Part shown: positions 1 through 10,745 of the stretch, piece after piece
How positions within the stretch are numbered: position 1 is the stretch's first letter
How the letters are laid out: each line of letters begins with the position of its first letter
Virus record (IMG/VR): IMGVR_UViG_3300029849_000005
Location: 19,937-83,936 of that record
Source of the DNA: a virus
Taxonomy: Duplodnaviria; Heunggongvirae; Uroviricota; Caudoviricetes
Reading direction: 5' to 3' (one strand)
Length of the DNA stretch: 64,000 nucleotides
Program-made: the position numbers and the translations under genes
The notes under the pieces: generated by a model
Database searches by the model: none
Told to the model about the DNA's origin: nothing
The model's input: only the letters and a program-made list of their open reading frames with translations

Positions 1-291
1 AAATGCTGCAACTGCCTTCGCATCCTCTATGTTAACAGAGGATGGAAGTAGCTTATAACCCTTATCTGTATACTTCTTTAGATGAGAATTGTACTCTAAC
101 TTAGCCTGTTCTGCAACAGTCCTTTTGGCTTTGCCTTGGAATATCCATATCTCTGGCTGCACAGTTACTTTGCCACCATACTGATAAGTCTTTCTTCTTA
201 TAACAAAGCCATGTTGGGCATCATCCCATTCGCAACTAATCTCGACTACTCTAGTTTTACCCTTGTTGTCTTTAGTTACTAATTTATCCAT
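1..291 (-). CDS. hypothetical protein, N-terminal part (ORF runs past the window start)
   Basis: ATG at 289-291 (rc) opens an unbroken minus-strand frame (MDKLVTKDNKGKTRVVEISCEWDDAQHGF...) down to position 1. It overlaps the upstream small ORF by 7 nt. Confidence 0.4.
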   Translation of the reverse strand, partial: MDKLVTKDNKGKTRVVEISCEWDDAQHGFVIRRKTYQYGGKVTVQPEIWIFQGKAKRTVAEQAKLEYNSHLKKYTDKGYKLLPSSVNIEDAKAVAAF

Positions 292-453
292 TTAAGATTT
301 CAAAAGCCCTCATTGCACCTTCGATGTAATCTGTGGCAATTGCTTCCACGGCATCGTCATGTTCATCTGCATCACACACGCAAGATTTAGCATACTGTTC
401 AGCGTCTTTCTCAATGGTTTCTACAAATTCTTCGTAATTCATAATTTGTTGTT

Positions 454-675
454 TTATACGTCAGTGTCTAAATCATCTACAGTTAAAGGCTTATTACACT
501 CTTGAATAAGGTTTCTAGCCAATTCATCCTGTTTAGCTTTCAATTCCTTAATCTTCTCCATAGTCTCACTCATCGCCTTCGCATGATTAGCATAGGCATT
601 ATTAAGTGTCTGGATTTCCAATCCTATATCGGATATGGCTTTACTCTTCTCGATTACTTCTACTGTACTTATCAT
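454..675 (-). CDS. small coiled-coil protein
   Basis: 73-aa ORF in the minus-strand array. Its stop/start overlaps the dUTPase gene. No recognisable motif. Confidence 0.4.
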   Translation of the reverse strand: MISTVEVIEKSKAISDIGLEIQTLNNAYANHAKAMSETMEKIKELKAKQDELARNLIQECNKPLTVDDLDTDV

Positions 676-1208
676 TTCTCACCGGTATGCCCAAATCCAC
701 CTTTACGCTCTGTTTCATCTAATCTAGCAACTTCTTCCCATTCAGCCTTAGCTACAGTTGTGAATACCAATTGAGCTATACGTTCTTTATCCTCAATCCA
801 TACTGCTTCATGTCCTTGATTAATAAGAATAACGTGTATTTCATTCCTATAATCTGCATCTACAGTGCCAGGTGTATTTAATACAGTAATTCCCTTCTTT
901 AAAGCTAAGCCACTCCTAGGTCTTACTTGGCACTCATAAATAAACTCGCAATCTGAATCAGTAGTGGGGAGAGCAATCTTTAATCCAGTCGGGATAAGTG
1001 CTCTAGCTCCTGGGTCAAGACGCAGCATAGTTACTTTATTGCCGTCCATTTTAGGTGATACAAACACAACTTCGCAATCACCATAAGCTTTAATAGGATT
1101 GTCAACTGTTACTCTACTGAAGTCTGCACGTATATCCATACCTGCTGACATAGGAGTTTCATACTGGGGAAGTTTGTTATTCGATAGATTAATTACTTGA
1201 ACTTTCAT
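672..1208 (-). CDS. dut: dUTP diphosphatase (dUTPase)
   Basis: dUTPase motifs are visible: SAGMDIRA (AGxDL-like), [19 protein letters not shown] (GxIDxDYRG-like), RIAQLVF. Length 178 aa. Confidence 0.9.
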   Translation of the reverse strand: MKVQVINLSNNKLPQYETPMSAGMDIRADFSRVTVDNPIKAYGDCEVVFVSPKMDGNKVTMLRLDPGARALIPTGLKIALPTTDSDCEFIYECQVRPRSGLALKKGITVLNTPGTVDADYRNEIHVILINQGHEAVWIEDKERIAQLVFTTVAKAEWEEVARLDETERKGGFGHTGEK

Positions 1209-1713
1209 TGAACGTAAATGAATAAATTGAGTTTATAGTTGTGAATCTTTTATTCTCCCAGTCAATCTCAATTACATTAGATGTCTTGAACCATCTATCA
1301 TTCGAATTAAGTTCTAAAGGAGCACCTTCTATAAATGCTTTAGTATATCCAGACTCCTTATGACCTTCTTCAATTCTAACGTTATTGGTTCCCAACACTT
1401 TGGTGATAGTCATAAAGCCCTTCTTACCATTGGTAGCAAAGTAGTCTTGCAGCCAAGTATGTACATGATTTGCATTACATTCACCAGCTTCTGTATAGAA
1501 AGCTTTGATTAATGTATCGTTATCATCATATACAGCCAAGAAAGGATTCTCTCTAGCACTACAGCTCCCTTTAATCTTGAAAGCCTTCTTGCGTTCCTTA
1601 TAATGATTCACGTCATAAGTTTCAAAATTAAATACGTAACCGTTCATTGTTGATAGTGCGTCCTTAAATGCATCAGGACGTTGGCTATCATAAACATACT
1701 TAAATGTTAGCAT
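1189..1713 (-). CDS. hypothetical protein
   Basis: 174-aa ORF overlapping neighbours in an operon-like way. No recognisable motif. Confidence 0.45.
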   Translation of the reverse strand: MLTFKYVYDSQRPDAFKDALSTMNGYVFNFETYDVNHYKERKKAFKIKGSCSARENPFLAVYDDNDTLIKAFYTEAGECNANHVHTWLQDYFATNGKKGFMTITKVLGTNNVRIEEGHKESGYTKAFIEGAPLELNSNDRWFKTSNVIEIDWENKRFTTINSIYSFTFNESSSN

Positions 1714-2105
1714 TCAACAATATAGTATTTAGGAAATAATATTCCATCTAGTTCCAGCTCTACTTCTTGAACAACATCAAATACATCAAATATGTCATTA
1801 TAGTAAGCTGCTGCCATTTCCTCATCAGTGATTCTAGTAATGGCATTATCTATCGACTGGTCAGCTAATTTGCTAGCTAACATTCTACGATAGTTATCAA
1901 CGATTCTACATGCCTCGTGTTCAGTTAATATGTAGAATATCTTACCATTTATATGATATTCATATATTCCTGGCCATATGCTCTCTTCCTCTGTACAAAG
2001 AGTGTATACTTCTGGCATGTCTAGTTTATAAGCTACCATGTATAATCGTTCTGGATGTTCAAATCCTCTACATAGAGCTTCGTTTACAAAATCTGAGTAA
2101 TTCAT
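1707..2105 (-). CDS. hypothetical protein
   Basis: 132-aa ORF, tightly packed in the array. Confidence 0.45.
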   Translation of the reverse strand: MNYSDFVNEALCRGFEHPERLYMVAYKLDMPEVYTLCTEEESIWPGIYEYHINGKIFYILTEHEACRIVDNYRRMLASKLADQSIDNAITRITDEEMAAAYYNDIFDVFDVVQEVELELDGILFPKYYIVEC

Positions 2106-2110
2106 AGGTA

Positions 2111-3475
2111 TTAAGTCAATACATAAGCATCTGTTTTAGTTCTTGATAAAGATACATATTGAAGCTGTCGTAGTTCTAATAAGTCTCTATCCAACTTAAG
2201 ATTACCGGTATCTACAAACACATTATTGTAAGAGCTGCCTTGACTCCTATGTGCTGTTATAGCGTATCCATAATCAAAAGTTTGTGGCTTAATTACTCTA
2301 TTATCAAATAACAGTGGTACTGGGGTTGCAAAGGACTTAGTCATGTCAAAATACTTACCCCATAAATATCCAGATTTAGTTCTATTACCCCACCTTTTCG
2401 CCTGTATAGCATCTAGCCTTATAGACTCAATCTGTTGTGCCAAAGTTTGCAGGTAGTCTGGATTTATGTCTGTTGGGTCTATTATGAATACGTCTAATAG
2501 CCATCTATCAACGCTATCATATAATCCCAATTCGAACCCTGGAAGTCTAGTAAAATGAGGTACATTCCTAGTGGTTCTTCTAATGCTTGTAATTATATAG
2601 TCTGAAGAGTTAAAGAACATTTCTCCATTATATTCAAAGTTCTCACAGCCAGTTAGAAACTCGAATTTATGATAAGGTTCATTGTCATTGTATAGTATTC
2701 TGCGTATACAATCATTGAATCCTTTAACTCGCTTATTAGTATAAGCTATCAGCTTAGTATAATTTACATCATTATGCTTTATTCCATGATTAATCTTATT
2801 AGCTGCATCAACCATAAACTGCTTAGTGTCATTATAACAAATGAGAGAACCCTTCTCTCCCATTCGAGTTTCGAATTTAGATATAGGATTCTCTCTTAAT
2901 GTTAATAATATTGGTGCTAATGCTGTATTCTCGTCTTGCCTAAATATCTTGGTTAGACGGACAACATTTTCATGACTAAACACTTTACTAAGACCTCCGT
3001 TCTTAACTGGGGCAATCTGTGCAACATCCCCTATAAATAAGATTTTGCACTGATGTGTTTCACAATAGTCTACAAGTAAATCATAAAGTTCATCACTAAC
3101 CATAGATGCCTCATCAATGATTATTAGTCCTTTGTTTGGAATGTCTCCCATACCATCGGAATAGAACTTCAAGTCTTTATAGTCTAAATTAAATATATCC
3201 AGTTTAGGGGAAAGTGCTAGCAGTTTATGTAATGTAGTAGCTCTATAGCCAGTAGCCATTTCAAGTACTGCTTTGGCTTTATGAGTAGGAGCACACAACT
3301 TAAAGAATCTACAACCTCTAGTACTATCTAGATATTGTACAAATTCATTCATAACAGCTGTCTTACCTACTCCTGCATAGCCAGTAAGAACTAATATCCT
3401 ATCTGGACTATCTAAAAACCTAATCATTCTATCTATAGCATATAGCTGTTCGTCTGACCAAGCTATTGTACTCAT
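2111..3475 (-). CDS. SF1B DNA helicase (Dda/RecD-like)
   Basis: Walker A LTGYAGVGKT, Walker B-like IIIDEASM, C-terminal ITAHRSQGSSY motif typical of RecD/Dda family. 454 aa. Confidence 0.8.
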   Translation of the reverse strand: MSTIAWSDEQLYAIDRMIRFLDSPDRILVLTGYAGVGKTAVMNEFVQYLDSTRGCRFFKLCAPTHKAKAVLEMATGYRATTLHKLLALSPKLDIFNLDYKDLKFYSDGMGDIPNKGLIIIDEASMVSDELYDLLVDYCETHQCKILFIGDVAQIAPVKNGGLSKVFSHENVVRLTKIFRQDENTALAPILLTLRENPISKFETRMGEKGSLICYNDTKQFMVDAANKINHGIKHNDVNYTKLIAYTNKRVKGFNDCIRRILYNDNEPYHKFEFLTGCENFEYNGEMFFNSSDYIITSIRRTTRNVPHFTRLPGFELGLYDSVDRWLLDVFIIDPTDINPDYLQTLAQQIESIRLDAIQAKRWGNRTKSGYLWGKYFDMTKSFATPVPLLFDNRVIKPQTFDYGYAITAHRSQGSSYNNVFVDTGNLKLDRDLLELRQLQYVSLSRTKTDAYVLT

Positions 3476-4053
3476 AGTTCTCTATTCCAAAATCTAAAGG
3501 TAATATCCTTTAATTTAGGACCGTCATCAGTCATTATCGTTTTATATAATCTCTGATTGGTATTTGGATTATCAAGTGGTCCACATTCCTCTATGTAAGG
3601 TCCTAACTTGATGTAATCGAAATTGTGCAAATCAATTTCATCTGCCAATGTAACTCTACCACTATACCACCCAATCTTTATATCAAGTGGTACTGTTTGC
3701 TGCCATTCCATTTCTGTTTCGGCAGGAATGGTTACTTTGGGAAACCTAATTTCCTTATGAATAGTAAACTTATCAGCCGTTTTAGTGGTAGTTAACGTCC
3801 TTACTAATCCAGCATAGTGATTAATGAGCTTAGGGTCGTTATCGCCACCCATAAAGCAAATGGCAGTAATTCCCTTATTCTCATTAATAAGCTTCTCTAT
3901 TCTAGTAATAGTCAGGACTTCCCCAACGTCTCCTGCCAAGTAAGAGCTATGACAGCCGTTGCAGTGACATGGACAATTAGATATGTTTATGGCTAGTGTA
4001 GTCTCGTCAGGAATTTCCCTGAAGACTATATCGAAACCTACATATTTAAGCAT
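3472..4053 (-). CDS. nrdG: anaerobic ribonucleotide reductase activating protein (radical SAM)
   Basis: CxxxCxxC cluster (CPCHCNGCHS). 193 aa. Immediately downstream of and overlapping nrdD. Confidence 0.8.
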   Translation of the reverse strand: MLKYVGFDIVFREIPDETTLAINISNCPCHCNGCHSSYLAGDVGEVLTITRIEKLINENKGITAICFMGGDNDPKLINHYAGLVRTLTTTKTADKFTIHKEIRFPKVTIPAETEMEWQQTVPLDIKIGWYSGRVTLADEIDLHNFDYIKLGPYIEECGPLDNPNTNQRLYKTIMTDDGPKLKDITFRFWNREL

Positions 4054-6112
4054 GAGTATAAAATCTTCTACTAGCTTCCTCTTGCCTTGCTTGGCTAAAG
4101 TTACTAATACGTTTCAAATAACCAATAACTCTAGTAGCATAATCAACGTTCTTACTCCCACATTTTGGACATTCCTTAAGATACCTTTTATCAATATGTC
4201 CACAATCATTACAAATAGTATTTGGAATATTAAATGTGAAATAATTAGTACCATTGACTGCTGCCACTCTCAACAAGTTACGATACTGTTCCTTACTAAG
4301 ATGTTCATCGAGATTCATATGCAATGCACTACCTCCGTCTAAGTATTGTACATATTCCTTGCCATGTAATTTAAACTTGTCAAGTACGGTAAGAGATGTG
4401 TCTTCAACAGCATAGAAATAGCTATTATAGCAATCTCTAGGAACTACATAACCTGCTTTCCTGTCCCAATTAGCATGTTTAACCCCAAGGTTCTCTGCTG
4501 GAACAAATTCTGTGTTAAACATTAACTCCTTAGTTCTCGCTTTACGATTTTCATCACTGATAGTTTTAAGGATAGATTGCATAAACTCTCTATAAGTTGG
4601 ATTATCATTAACTGGGATTCCTAAGAACTCCGCAGCCTCAATAACTCCATTAACACCTATAGTCAAATACTGCTTCTTCATATCAATGAATCCAGCTGTA
4701 TATACAGTAAGCAACCCGTCTTTTAAATAGTCTTTAAGCAATTCATTATATGCTGTTTGGAACTTATGAACTTTCTTCACATTCTCACGCAAATACTCAA
4801 TCATATCATATCCATTATTAACTGCATCCTGAACTAACCTATTGATATTTAAGGTCATTACTGACTTGCTACCAGTAGCAATACCACCAGCTCCAAGAGA
4901 ATAACTGAATTGATTATCAGTAACCTCATTACGAAGTCTGCAACAAGAAGATAAGGAATCAGGACTATCGGACATATAAGTAAAGAACGAGTGTCCTTTG
5001 CTATACATCTCTGCTGTAAAGTCTGCATACTCCTCATCAACAACATCCTCCCCGTTAGTCAAAAGCGCCATAGTTTCAACAGGGAATGTAAGAATACACT
5101 TAGTACGTTCCTCATTAAACCACTTAGCAAATTTCTTCTGCAACCAACTAAGAGATTCCCATTGAGGTTGTGTACCGTCTGGGAAATAGAACTCTCCAAA
5201 GATACCTTCAAAGTAGTTCTTATCAAAGTAACTGATATTCCAGAATACTGATTGGAAGTTACGAGCAGCTGCTGGCTGATTGATTGAGTATACAATCTGC
5301 TGGAACTTCTGCTCTAACGTCTTGTCAATATTTCTGTGTTTGTCAACCATTTCCTCTGGACGTTTCCAATAATCATCACCCCACTCTTTACGAGCAAAGT
5401 AATCAAAGTACATCAGAAACTCTCCAGTGGCTACTGCACCTGCAAATTGAGAACTAATCGCAAATACCAGATTAACGAACATGCCACAGAAAGAATCCAG
5501 GTTCTTGGGTCTGGCAGACAAACCTCCAATTGGCTGTAACCCCTCCAATAGAAAGGGATACATAGTGATAGCCACGCAGTAGGGCATAATCGATGTTTCA
5601 TCATGCTTATAAAGTAAATGTTGTTCCAGCATACGGATATATTCCTTAGCTAACTCCTCTCCATACAATTCTCTGATTTTATCAGTAAGAATTGCACGAT
5701 TTACCTTAATAACATCACCTTTGAACAATTCTCCATTTAAGGTTACAATGTTCTTCTCGGTAACATTAGCATTAGCATCGTATTTACTACCAGTTGCAGC
5801 ATTCTTGGCTTTAGCATAGTCTTTAATGAATTGTTTCTTCTCATTTAAGGCTCTACTTTCGGCTCTTTTACGCCTATACAAGATGAATGCCTTAGCAACA
5901 TCATAATAATCACATGCCATAAGAGCTTTCTCTAACTGGTCTTGAAGCTCCTCAACTGAAACTATGTTGTTAATATACAACTCATCTTTAATATCCTGAA
6001 GAATATCAGAATCAATTGGCTCGTTAACAGCGTTAAATGCCTTAGTAATTGCAGCATCAATCTTATTAACGTCGAAAGGTTCTACTTTTTTGTCTCTCTT
6101 AATTACTAACAT
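4046..6112 (-). CDS. nrdD: anaerobic ribonucleoside-triphosphate reductase (class III)
   Basis: 688 aa. N-terminal ATP-cone-like start. C-terminal glycyl-radical motif (RVIGYL) preceded by a Zn ribbon (CNDCGH...CPKCGS). Paired with nrdG. Confidence 0.9.
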   Translation of the reverse strand: MLVIKRDKKVEPFDVNKIDAAITKAFNAVNEPIDSDILQDIKDELYINNIVSVEELQDQLEKALMACDYYDVAKAFILYRRKRAESRALNEKKQFIKDYAKAKNAATGSKYDANANVTEKNIVTLNGELFKGDVIKVNRAILTDKIRELYGEELAKEYIRMLEQHLLYKHDETSIMPYCVAITMYPFLLEGLQPIGGLSARPKNLDSFCGMFVNLVFAISSQFAGAVATGEFLMYFDYFARKEWGDDYWKRPEEMVDKHRNIDKTLEQKFQQIVYSINQPAAARNFQSVFWNISYFDKNYFEGIFGEFYFPDGTQPQWESLSWLQKKFAKWFNEERTKCILTFPVETMALLTNGEDVVDEEYADFTAEMYSKGHSFFTYMSDSPDSLSSCCRLRNEVTDNQFSYSLGAGGIATGSKSVMTLNINRLVQDAVNNGYDMIEYLRENVKKVHKFQTAYNELLKDYLKDGLLTVYTAGFIDMKKQYLTIGVNGVIEAAEFLGIPVNDNPTYREFMQSILKTISDENRKARTKELMFNTEFVPAENLGVKHANWDRKAGYVVPRDCYNSYFYAVEDTSLTVLDKFKLHGKEYVQYLDGGSALHMNLDEHLSKEQYRNLLRVAAVNGTNYFTFNIPNTICNDCGHIDKRYLKECPKCGSKNVDYATRVIGYLKRISNFSQARQEEASRRFYTHA

Positions 6113-6115
6113 TAA

Positions 6116-6895
6116 TTAGAAGTTTAATATGTTTCTTAGTAATAGAGTCTTCTCTGCTCTATTCATCAAATCTTTACCCTTGTCATTACTAATTAGCTGC
6201 GTAAATGCATTGTACACAGTAAACATATCCACCTCATTACCCACTCCAATATAATATGAAGAATCTGGGTCCTCAAACATAGAACTATACGCCTTAGTAA
6301 CAAGGTCTGTTCCTATCTTGACATCTCCATAACCTACATTATAAACCATATGCATAGCATTTCTTTGCCATTTGCCTAAGTTTAAACTTACTAAATCGTC
6401 TTCAGCTTTCCATGTAGTATTATGAAGATTCTCCAACATCAGCTTTATATCAGAAGTCTGACTTAATAAATACTCTACAGCTTTATAATTCAAGGCTTCT
6501 TCTGGATTAACTGGCTGCATTTGAAGAAATTCTGGGTCAAATACACAGAGATTTGTACATGCTCTGTTAAGTGCCCCTCTATAAATCTTGGCTACTGGCT
6601 TACGAACATCTAGTCCGTAGACCATGCCAATAACTTCATCATGATTGTCAAAGCTGCAACTCTCTGGCATTACAGCTTGAATCAATACACGATTATATGT
6701 AATATCATCTGCATTAACATCTCCATCGACTGTCCTAGTGACCTGTTTAGGCAATTCTACTTCAACTATAAAGTCTTTAGTAAACTTGGACATTCTTTCA
6801 ATAAAAGGCTCTACATAGGCAGCAGTTGGTAAATATGCTCTCTTACCTATTCTAGTAGCCTTACCATTCATGAGTTGGTCAATACTTATTTGCAT
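6116..6895 (-). CDS. hypothetical protein
   Basis: 259-aa ORF in the dense array. Confidence 0.45.
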   Translation of the reverse strand: MQISIDQLMNGKATRIGKRAYLPTAAYVEPFIERMSKFTKDFIVEVELPKQVTRTVDGDVNADDITYNRVLIQAVMPESCSFDNHDEVIGMVYGLDVRKPVAKIYRGALNRACTNLCVFDPEFLQMQPVNPEEALNYKAVEYLLSQTSDIKLMLENLHNTTWKAEDDLVSLNLGKWQRNAMHMVYNVGYGDVKIGTDLVTKAYSSMFEDPDSSYYIGVGNEVDMFTVYNAFTQLISNDKGKDLMNRAEKTLLLRNILNF

Positions 6896-6899
6896 TTAA

Positions 6900-7649
6900 T
6901 TACAAGTAATATATAGTCATTGTTTCTAATAACTTGACTGCTTCCGCAAGCTTAGCTATAATTCTAATAGCTGCTCCATTACCTCCTGCCAATATATCAG
7001 CAGCAGCTAATTCCTTCATTGTTAACTTTCCATTAGATGCATCATATAACGCCAATGCATTATGTAAGGCATCAGCATTATATATTCTGTCCTTGTTCTT
7101 CTTTAAGAGCTCAAGGTACGGGTGTAATATGGAATAGCCTATTGGTTTATAATCTTCTCCATAAAACACTTTCCCATCAAACTTTATTATCCTAACCTTT
7201 CTATTGGTAAAGGCACTTGAAAACAAACTAACGGACAAATCCAAGTGGTCAGCTGGTCTGAATTTCTCTAATGGAGTTTTAACTTTACCTTTAAGGTAAT
7301 ATACCTCATCTTCAGACACTACTATAATACCACCATCTTTACAAAGGAACTCTTCCTTAGAGGATGTTTCATCCTTAGAGAATACCTCATCTAGAAGAGA
7401 ATCAACACGTTGATTTATAGACTTGGCTTCTCCTTTACCAATAATTGGAATCTTTCCGATAGAAGTATCTATAGCTTTAGAGCAATCAATTTCTATGGTT
7501 AAACATTTCCTAAATTCCGATTCGGCTGCCTTCTGCTTAAGTCTTGCTTCCTGTAACAGACTGGTCAGTCTGTCTACTTCTAGAGTACATTCCTTATACT
7601 TGGAAGCAGAATCTATTACATGTTGGGCAAATTCCGGTGTTAAATCCAT
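6900..7649 (-). CDS. hypothetical protein
   Basis: 249-aa ORF in the dense array. Confidence 0.45.
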   Translation of the reverse strand: MDLTPEFAQHVIDSASKYKECTLEVDRLTSLLQEARLKQKAAESEFRKCLTIEIDCSKAIDTSIGKIPIIGKGEAKSINQRVDSLLDEVFSKDETSSKEEFLCKDGGIIVVSEDEVYYLKGKVKTPLEKFRPADHLDLSVSLFSSAFTNRKVRIIKFDGKVFYGEDYKPIGYSILHPYLELLKKNKDRIYNADALHNALALYDASNGKLTMKELAAADILAGGNGAAIRIIAKLAEAVKLLETMTIYYL

Positions 7650-7659
7650 AAATTATAGT

Positions 7660-9228
7660 TTATTGTAACACGATACGACCATCTGTAATGTTCTTTCCAT
7701 CTACAATACTATAATCACAACATGCAAGTGTATTTCCAAAATTCTTGTGAATCCATTCGGAACTTCCAAATAATGAACCAACTGACTTATAGGTAAATCT
7801 TCTACCATAAGTAGTGGCTGACTGATGTAAATCTCCTTTTACAAAGACTACATTACCAGTGATGCCCTTATTGTCCAAATATTCATTGATGAAATTCTCT
7901 GTCTTCACGTCAAGAGTTAATGGTAGATTCTTGAACATGTCTTTATTATCTTTACCATGACACATTACATAGGTAGTTTCATTAAGAGTAAACTCTCCTA
8001 TGAACTTGTCAAATACTTGACATTTAACATCAAACTGTTCTAATACAGCAGCTAATGCTAAGTTAGCAGCATAACCAAAATCACCATCATGATTGGACTC
8101 GCCAACACAATAATAATACATATTGGTATGCTTTACATTCTCTATCAGAGATTTAACAAAGCTAGTCATTAACTTAATATAAGTTTGCAATTGCTCCTTA
8201 TTGCTCATGTTTTGAGCCAGTTCATGACCACCTCTTGTAGTTTGTCCATTATATCCGTCAAGAGAATCTCCAAGATTGCAGATAACTATATTCTCAAACC
8301 CACCACCAATGTAATAAGCTTCAGTATATACTCTCTTTATAATCATGTCAAGTCTCTTCTTCATTTCTTCTTCGTTATAAGGATTCTGATAAATAGATAG
8401 AGGAGACACTGTGGCTCCAGTATGAATATCAGACAACCATATGATTAGGTCTTTGCCGTTAGAAATTGTCGGCATACGTCCCCAGTCATACAGATTATTG
8501 AAGTCTAGCCCTTCTATAAGAGCTTTGCCGTCAGCTATTTTAGCTTTCAGTTCGGCATTCTCTATGGCATACTTCTTAAGTAGTCGCTCGTTATTCTTGA
8601 TGCGTTCTGCTTCTATGTTCCTTAGGAAGTCATTCTCCTTCTCCCTTAGTTGCATATCTTTAAGCTCGTCAATAGTATTCTCCTCAATAACATGAGGAGC
8701 AAATGGTGCTGCGGCTTTAGTAATATTGAAGACTTTGAGAATCTTCTTAAACTCCTCTAGAGAATATTCAGGGAAGCTACGACTTACTTCTCTTTGTGTT
8801 ATGGATGAACCATAATAAGAGTAAAGTCTATGAATCATATTCATTTCATCCCTAGTAAGACTGCCAGTAAATGGTGCTTTGTCTCTTAGCGGGATAGTGA
8901 ATTGATACTTAACAATCTTACCTTCATCATTTCTGACCAATGTAATCTTGCCAGTACTAGTTTCCTCCTCTTCAGAAGATGTCACTTCTTCCGATTTAGA
9001 ACGACGTATAATACCTCTCTTGCTAACCTTGTCATACAGACTCATTATCATGTCGTAGGATTCCTTGTCGATACTGCCATCAGCTATATCTTTGTTTACT
9101 ACCTGTTTCTTTACCCAGAAGTAATTCTGTGGAAGACCTACTTGTTCTGCATATGCATTTAAACTAATGTTCTGTTTTAAAACTTCTTGTAAGTGATTGA
9201 TTAGCTTGGTAATTGTTGTTTCTCTCAT
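7660..9228 (-). CDS. calcineurin-like metallophosphoesterase with N-terminal extension
   Basis: Metallophosphatase motifs in order: DIH, GDSLD, GESNHD, CHGKD, GDLH. 522 aa. Confidence 0.65.
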   Translation of the reverse strand: MRETTITKLINHLQEVLKQNISLNAYAEQVGLPQNYFWVKKQVVNKDIADGSIDKESYDMIMSLYDKVSKRGIIRRSKSEEVTSSEEEETSTGKITLVRNDEGKIVKYQFTIPLRDKAPFTGSLTRDEMNMIHRLYSYYGSSITQREVSRSFPEYSLEEFKKILKVFNITKAAAPFAPHVIEENTIDELKDMQLREKENDFLRNIEAERIKNNERLLKKYAIENAELKAKIADGKALIEGLDFNNLYDWGRMPTISNGKDLIIWLSDIHTGATVSPLSIYQNPYNEEEMKKRLDMIIKRVYTEAYYIGGGFENIVICNLGDSLDGYNGQTTRGGHELAQNMSNKEQLQTYIKLMTSFVKSLIENVKHTNMYYYCVGESNHDGDFGYAANLALAAVLEQFDVKCQVFDKFIGEFTLNETTYVMCHGKDNKDMFKNLPLTLDVKTENFINEYLDNKGITGNVVFVKGDLHQSATTYGRRFTYKSVGSLFGSSEWIHKNFGNTLACCDYSIVDGKNITDGRIVLQ

Positions 9229-9299
9229 TTCTGAGTTAAAATTAGATAACCTTTCGGCGCTTATATAAAATCTAATCTCTTTTAGTTATGCACATCTGA

Positions 9300-9344
9300 A
9301 TAAAAAGAAAAGGGACTACCTTATTCACATAAGATAATCCCTTT
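9300..9344 (-). terminator. Rho-independent terminator-like hairpin after the 9373..9909 gene
   Basis: On the minus strand AAAGGGA-(22 nt)-TCCCTTT is followed by TCTTTTTA, about 30 nt after the stop. Confidence 0.5.
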
Positions 9345-9372
9345 GATATTTAAAGTCAATAGAAGTTAAATT

Positions 9373-9909
9373 TTATCCTTCGACCCCAAAGCAGATGTAT
9401 GTACCCATCTTAGCTGATTTTGACGGAGTGTGTTTTGCTTCAAAAGCACCGTCTTCGCCTTCAACTACAGCCTTGATGTACTTGCAATAGATATCGCCAG
9501 TATAACCTTTCTTAGTGTAAAGTTCCTTAGCGATTTCTTTGGCTTTAGTTTTAGTTTCAAAGTTCAAGAACAATACTTCACCAGTTGCAGGATTGATTCC
9601 CTGATAGCCAGTTTTGTATTTACGTTTACCTTTCTCGTTCTTGATGTCACGCATAGTATAAGGACGTTCACGAGTATCAGCAGAACCTGCTTCAAATGTG
9701 ATAGAACATCCGATGCCAGCAGCAAACTTAGTATGCTTAGCCAGATACTCTGCTTCAAATTCCTTCAAAGCTTTCTCTGAAATAGGTTTACCAGCTGTCT
9801 TCCATGCCTGAGTTGCATCACGAATTACTTGGAAAGGTGCTTGTGCGATTGCTTCTTGTTTAGTATAACCTTTTACTTCTACGTTCTTAAAATTTACTTG
9901 GTTTGTCAT
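9373..9909 (-). CDS. lysine-rich small protein, unknown function
   Basis: The ORF track extends to 10110 but the upstream part looks non-coding. Start chosen at MTNQVNFK (9909); an alternative ATG lies at 9930. Flanked by ~200 nt of non-coding sequence and a terminator, so it looks like a strongly expressed single-gene unit. Confidence 0.45.
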   Translation of the reverse strand: MTNQVNFKNVEVKGYTKQEAIAQAPFQVIRDATQAWKTAGKPISEKALKEFEAEYLAKHTKFAAGIGCSITFEAGSADTRERPYTMRDIKNEKGKRKYKTGYQGINPATGEVLFLNFETKTKAKEIAKELYTKKGYTGDIYCKYIKAVVEGEDGAFEAKHTPSKSAKMGTYICFGVEG

Positions 9910-10128
9910 AATTAATTGGAATTTAAACATTAGTTCATTGTCATATCTCTTTGTTATTGTATTACAAAGGTACTGCTTTAATAGTAAACTACCAAACAGT
10001 TCTAATGCAAAATAATCTAAATTTAATTCTATTAATCTGACTCTCCTTCGAGAGGAAAGCGTTACAAAGATACTACATTTCTTGTAACTACACAAGTAAA
10101 TTGCCAACAATTAGTGAGTTAATAAGAT

Positions 10129-10386
10129 TTAACTATTATCGTTTGGCGGAAAGCAAAATTCATTTTTAGTCATTTGCTCCCATGTGTCTCGACTTTCCTC
10201 GTAGAACTTGTCCACGATTTTGTCAGAGCGTTTCTCTATTAATCCTGCTGCCCATAACAGCTGGTGGAAACGCATATCGGGATGTTTCCTGGCTAATACT
10301 TCCAAACTATGAATTATAGCCATGTTCTTCAAATATCTGTCATGTACCATAATTAAAATGGCGTTTCTGGCGTAGTAGGTTCCCAA
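10129..10386 (-). CDS. hypothetical protein
   Basis: 85-aa ORF in the array. Confidence 0.35.
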   Translation of the reverse strand: MGTYYARNAILIMVHDRYLKNMAIIHSLEVLARKHPDMRFHQLLWAAGLIEKRSDKIVDKFYEESRDTWEQMTKNEFCFPPNDNS

Positions 10387-10745
10387 GGAAGCTCTTTATC
10401 AAGAATTTCATTAATCTTAGCAACCATATCTTTAGCCGATTTTAAATCAAATGTCAAGAACTCGGTAGTGTTTCTCATAAAATCATCACATATAACTGCG
10501 AGACCTTTAAGAAGACCCTCCGAATTATGACTTTCTTTGCCCTGTCTAATCTTCTGGATTACTTGCCAAGTAGTTGCGTTAGGAGTTTTGTTCCTAGCTT
10601 GCTTAGTAAGAAAGCATATTAGTGATATTAAAGCGAACTTAGTTCCTATATCACAGGCCAGACATCCTAAACTGAAGTACTGCTTGTAGTATTCCTTCAA
10701 ATCATTCATAGTAGGCTCATAGTATTCCATCAGCATCGTATCCAT
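10353..10745 (-). CDS. hypothetical protein
   Basis: 130-aa ORF overlapping neighbours. Confidence 0.4.
   Translation of the reverse strand: MDTMLMEYYEPTMNDLKEYYKQYFSLGCLACDIGTKFALISLICFLTKQARNKTPNATTWQVIQKIRQGKESHNSEGLLKGLAVICDDFMRNTTEFLTFDLKSAKDMVAKINEILDKELPWEPTTPETPF

Noticed and set aside
9910-10128. Bacteroidetes-type promoter (TAnnTTTG) upstream of the 9909 gene: TACCTTTG about 60 nt upstream on the coding strand
   Set aside because: There is a single weak match without a convincing -33 TTTG partner. It is not supportable as a feature without transcript data.
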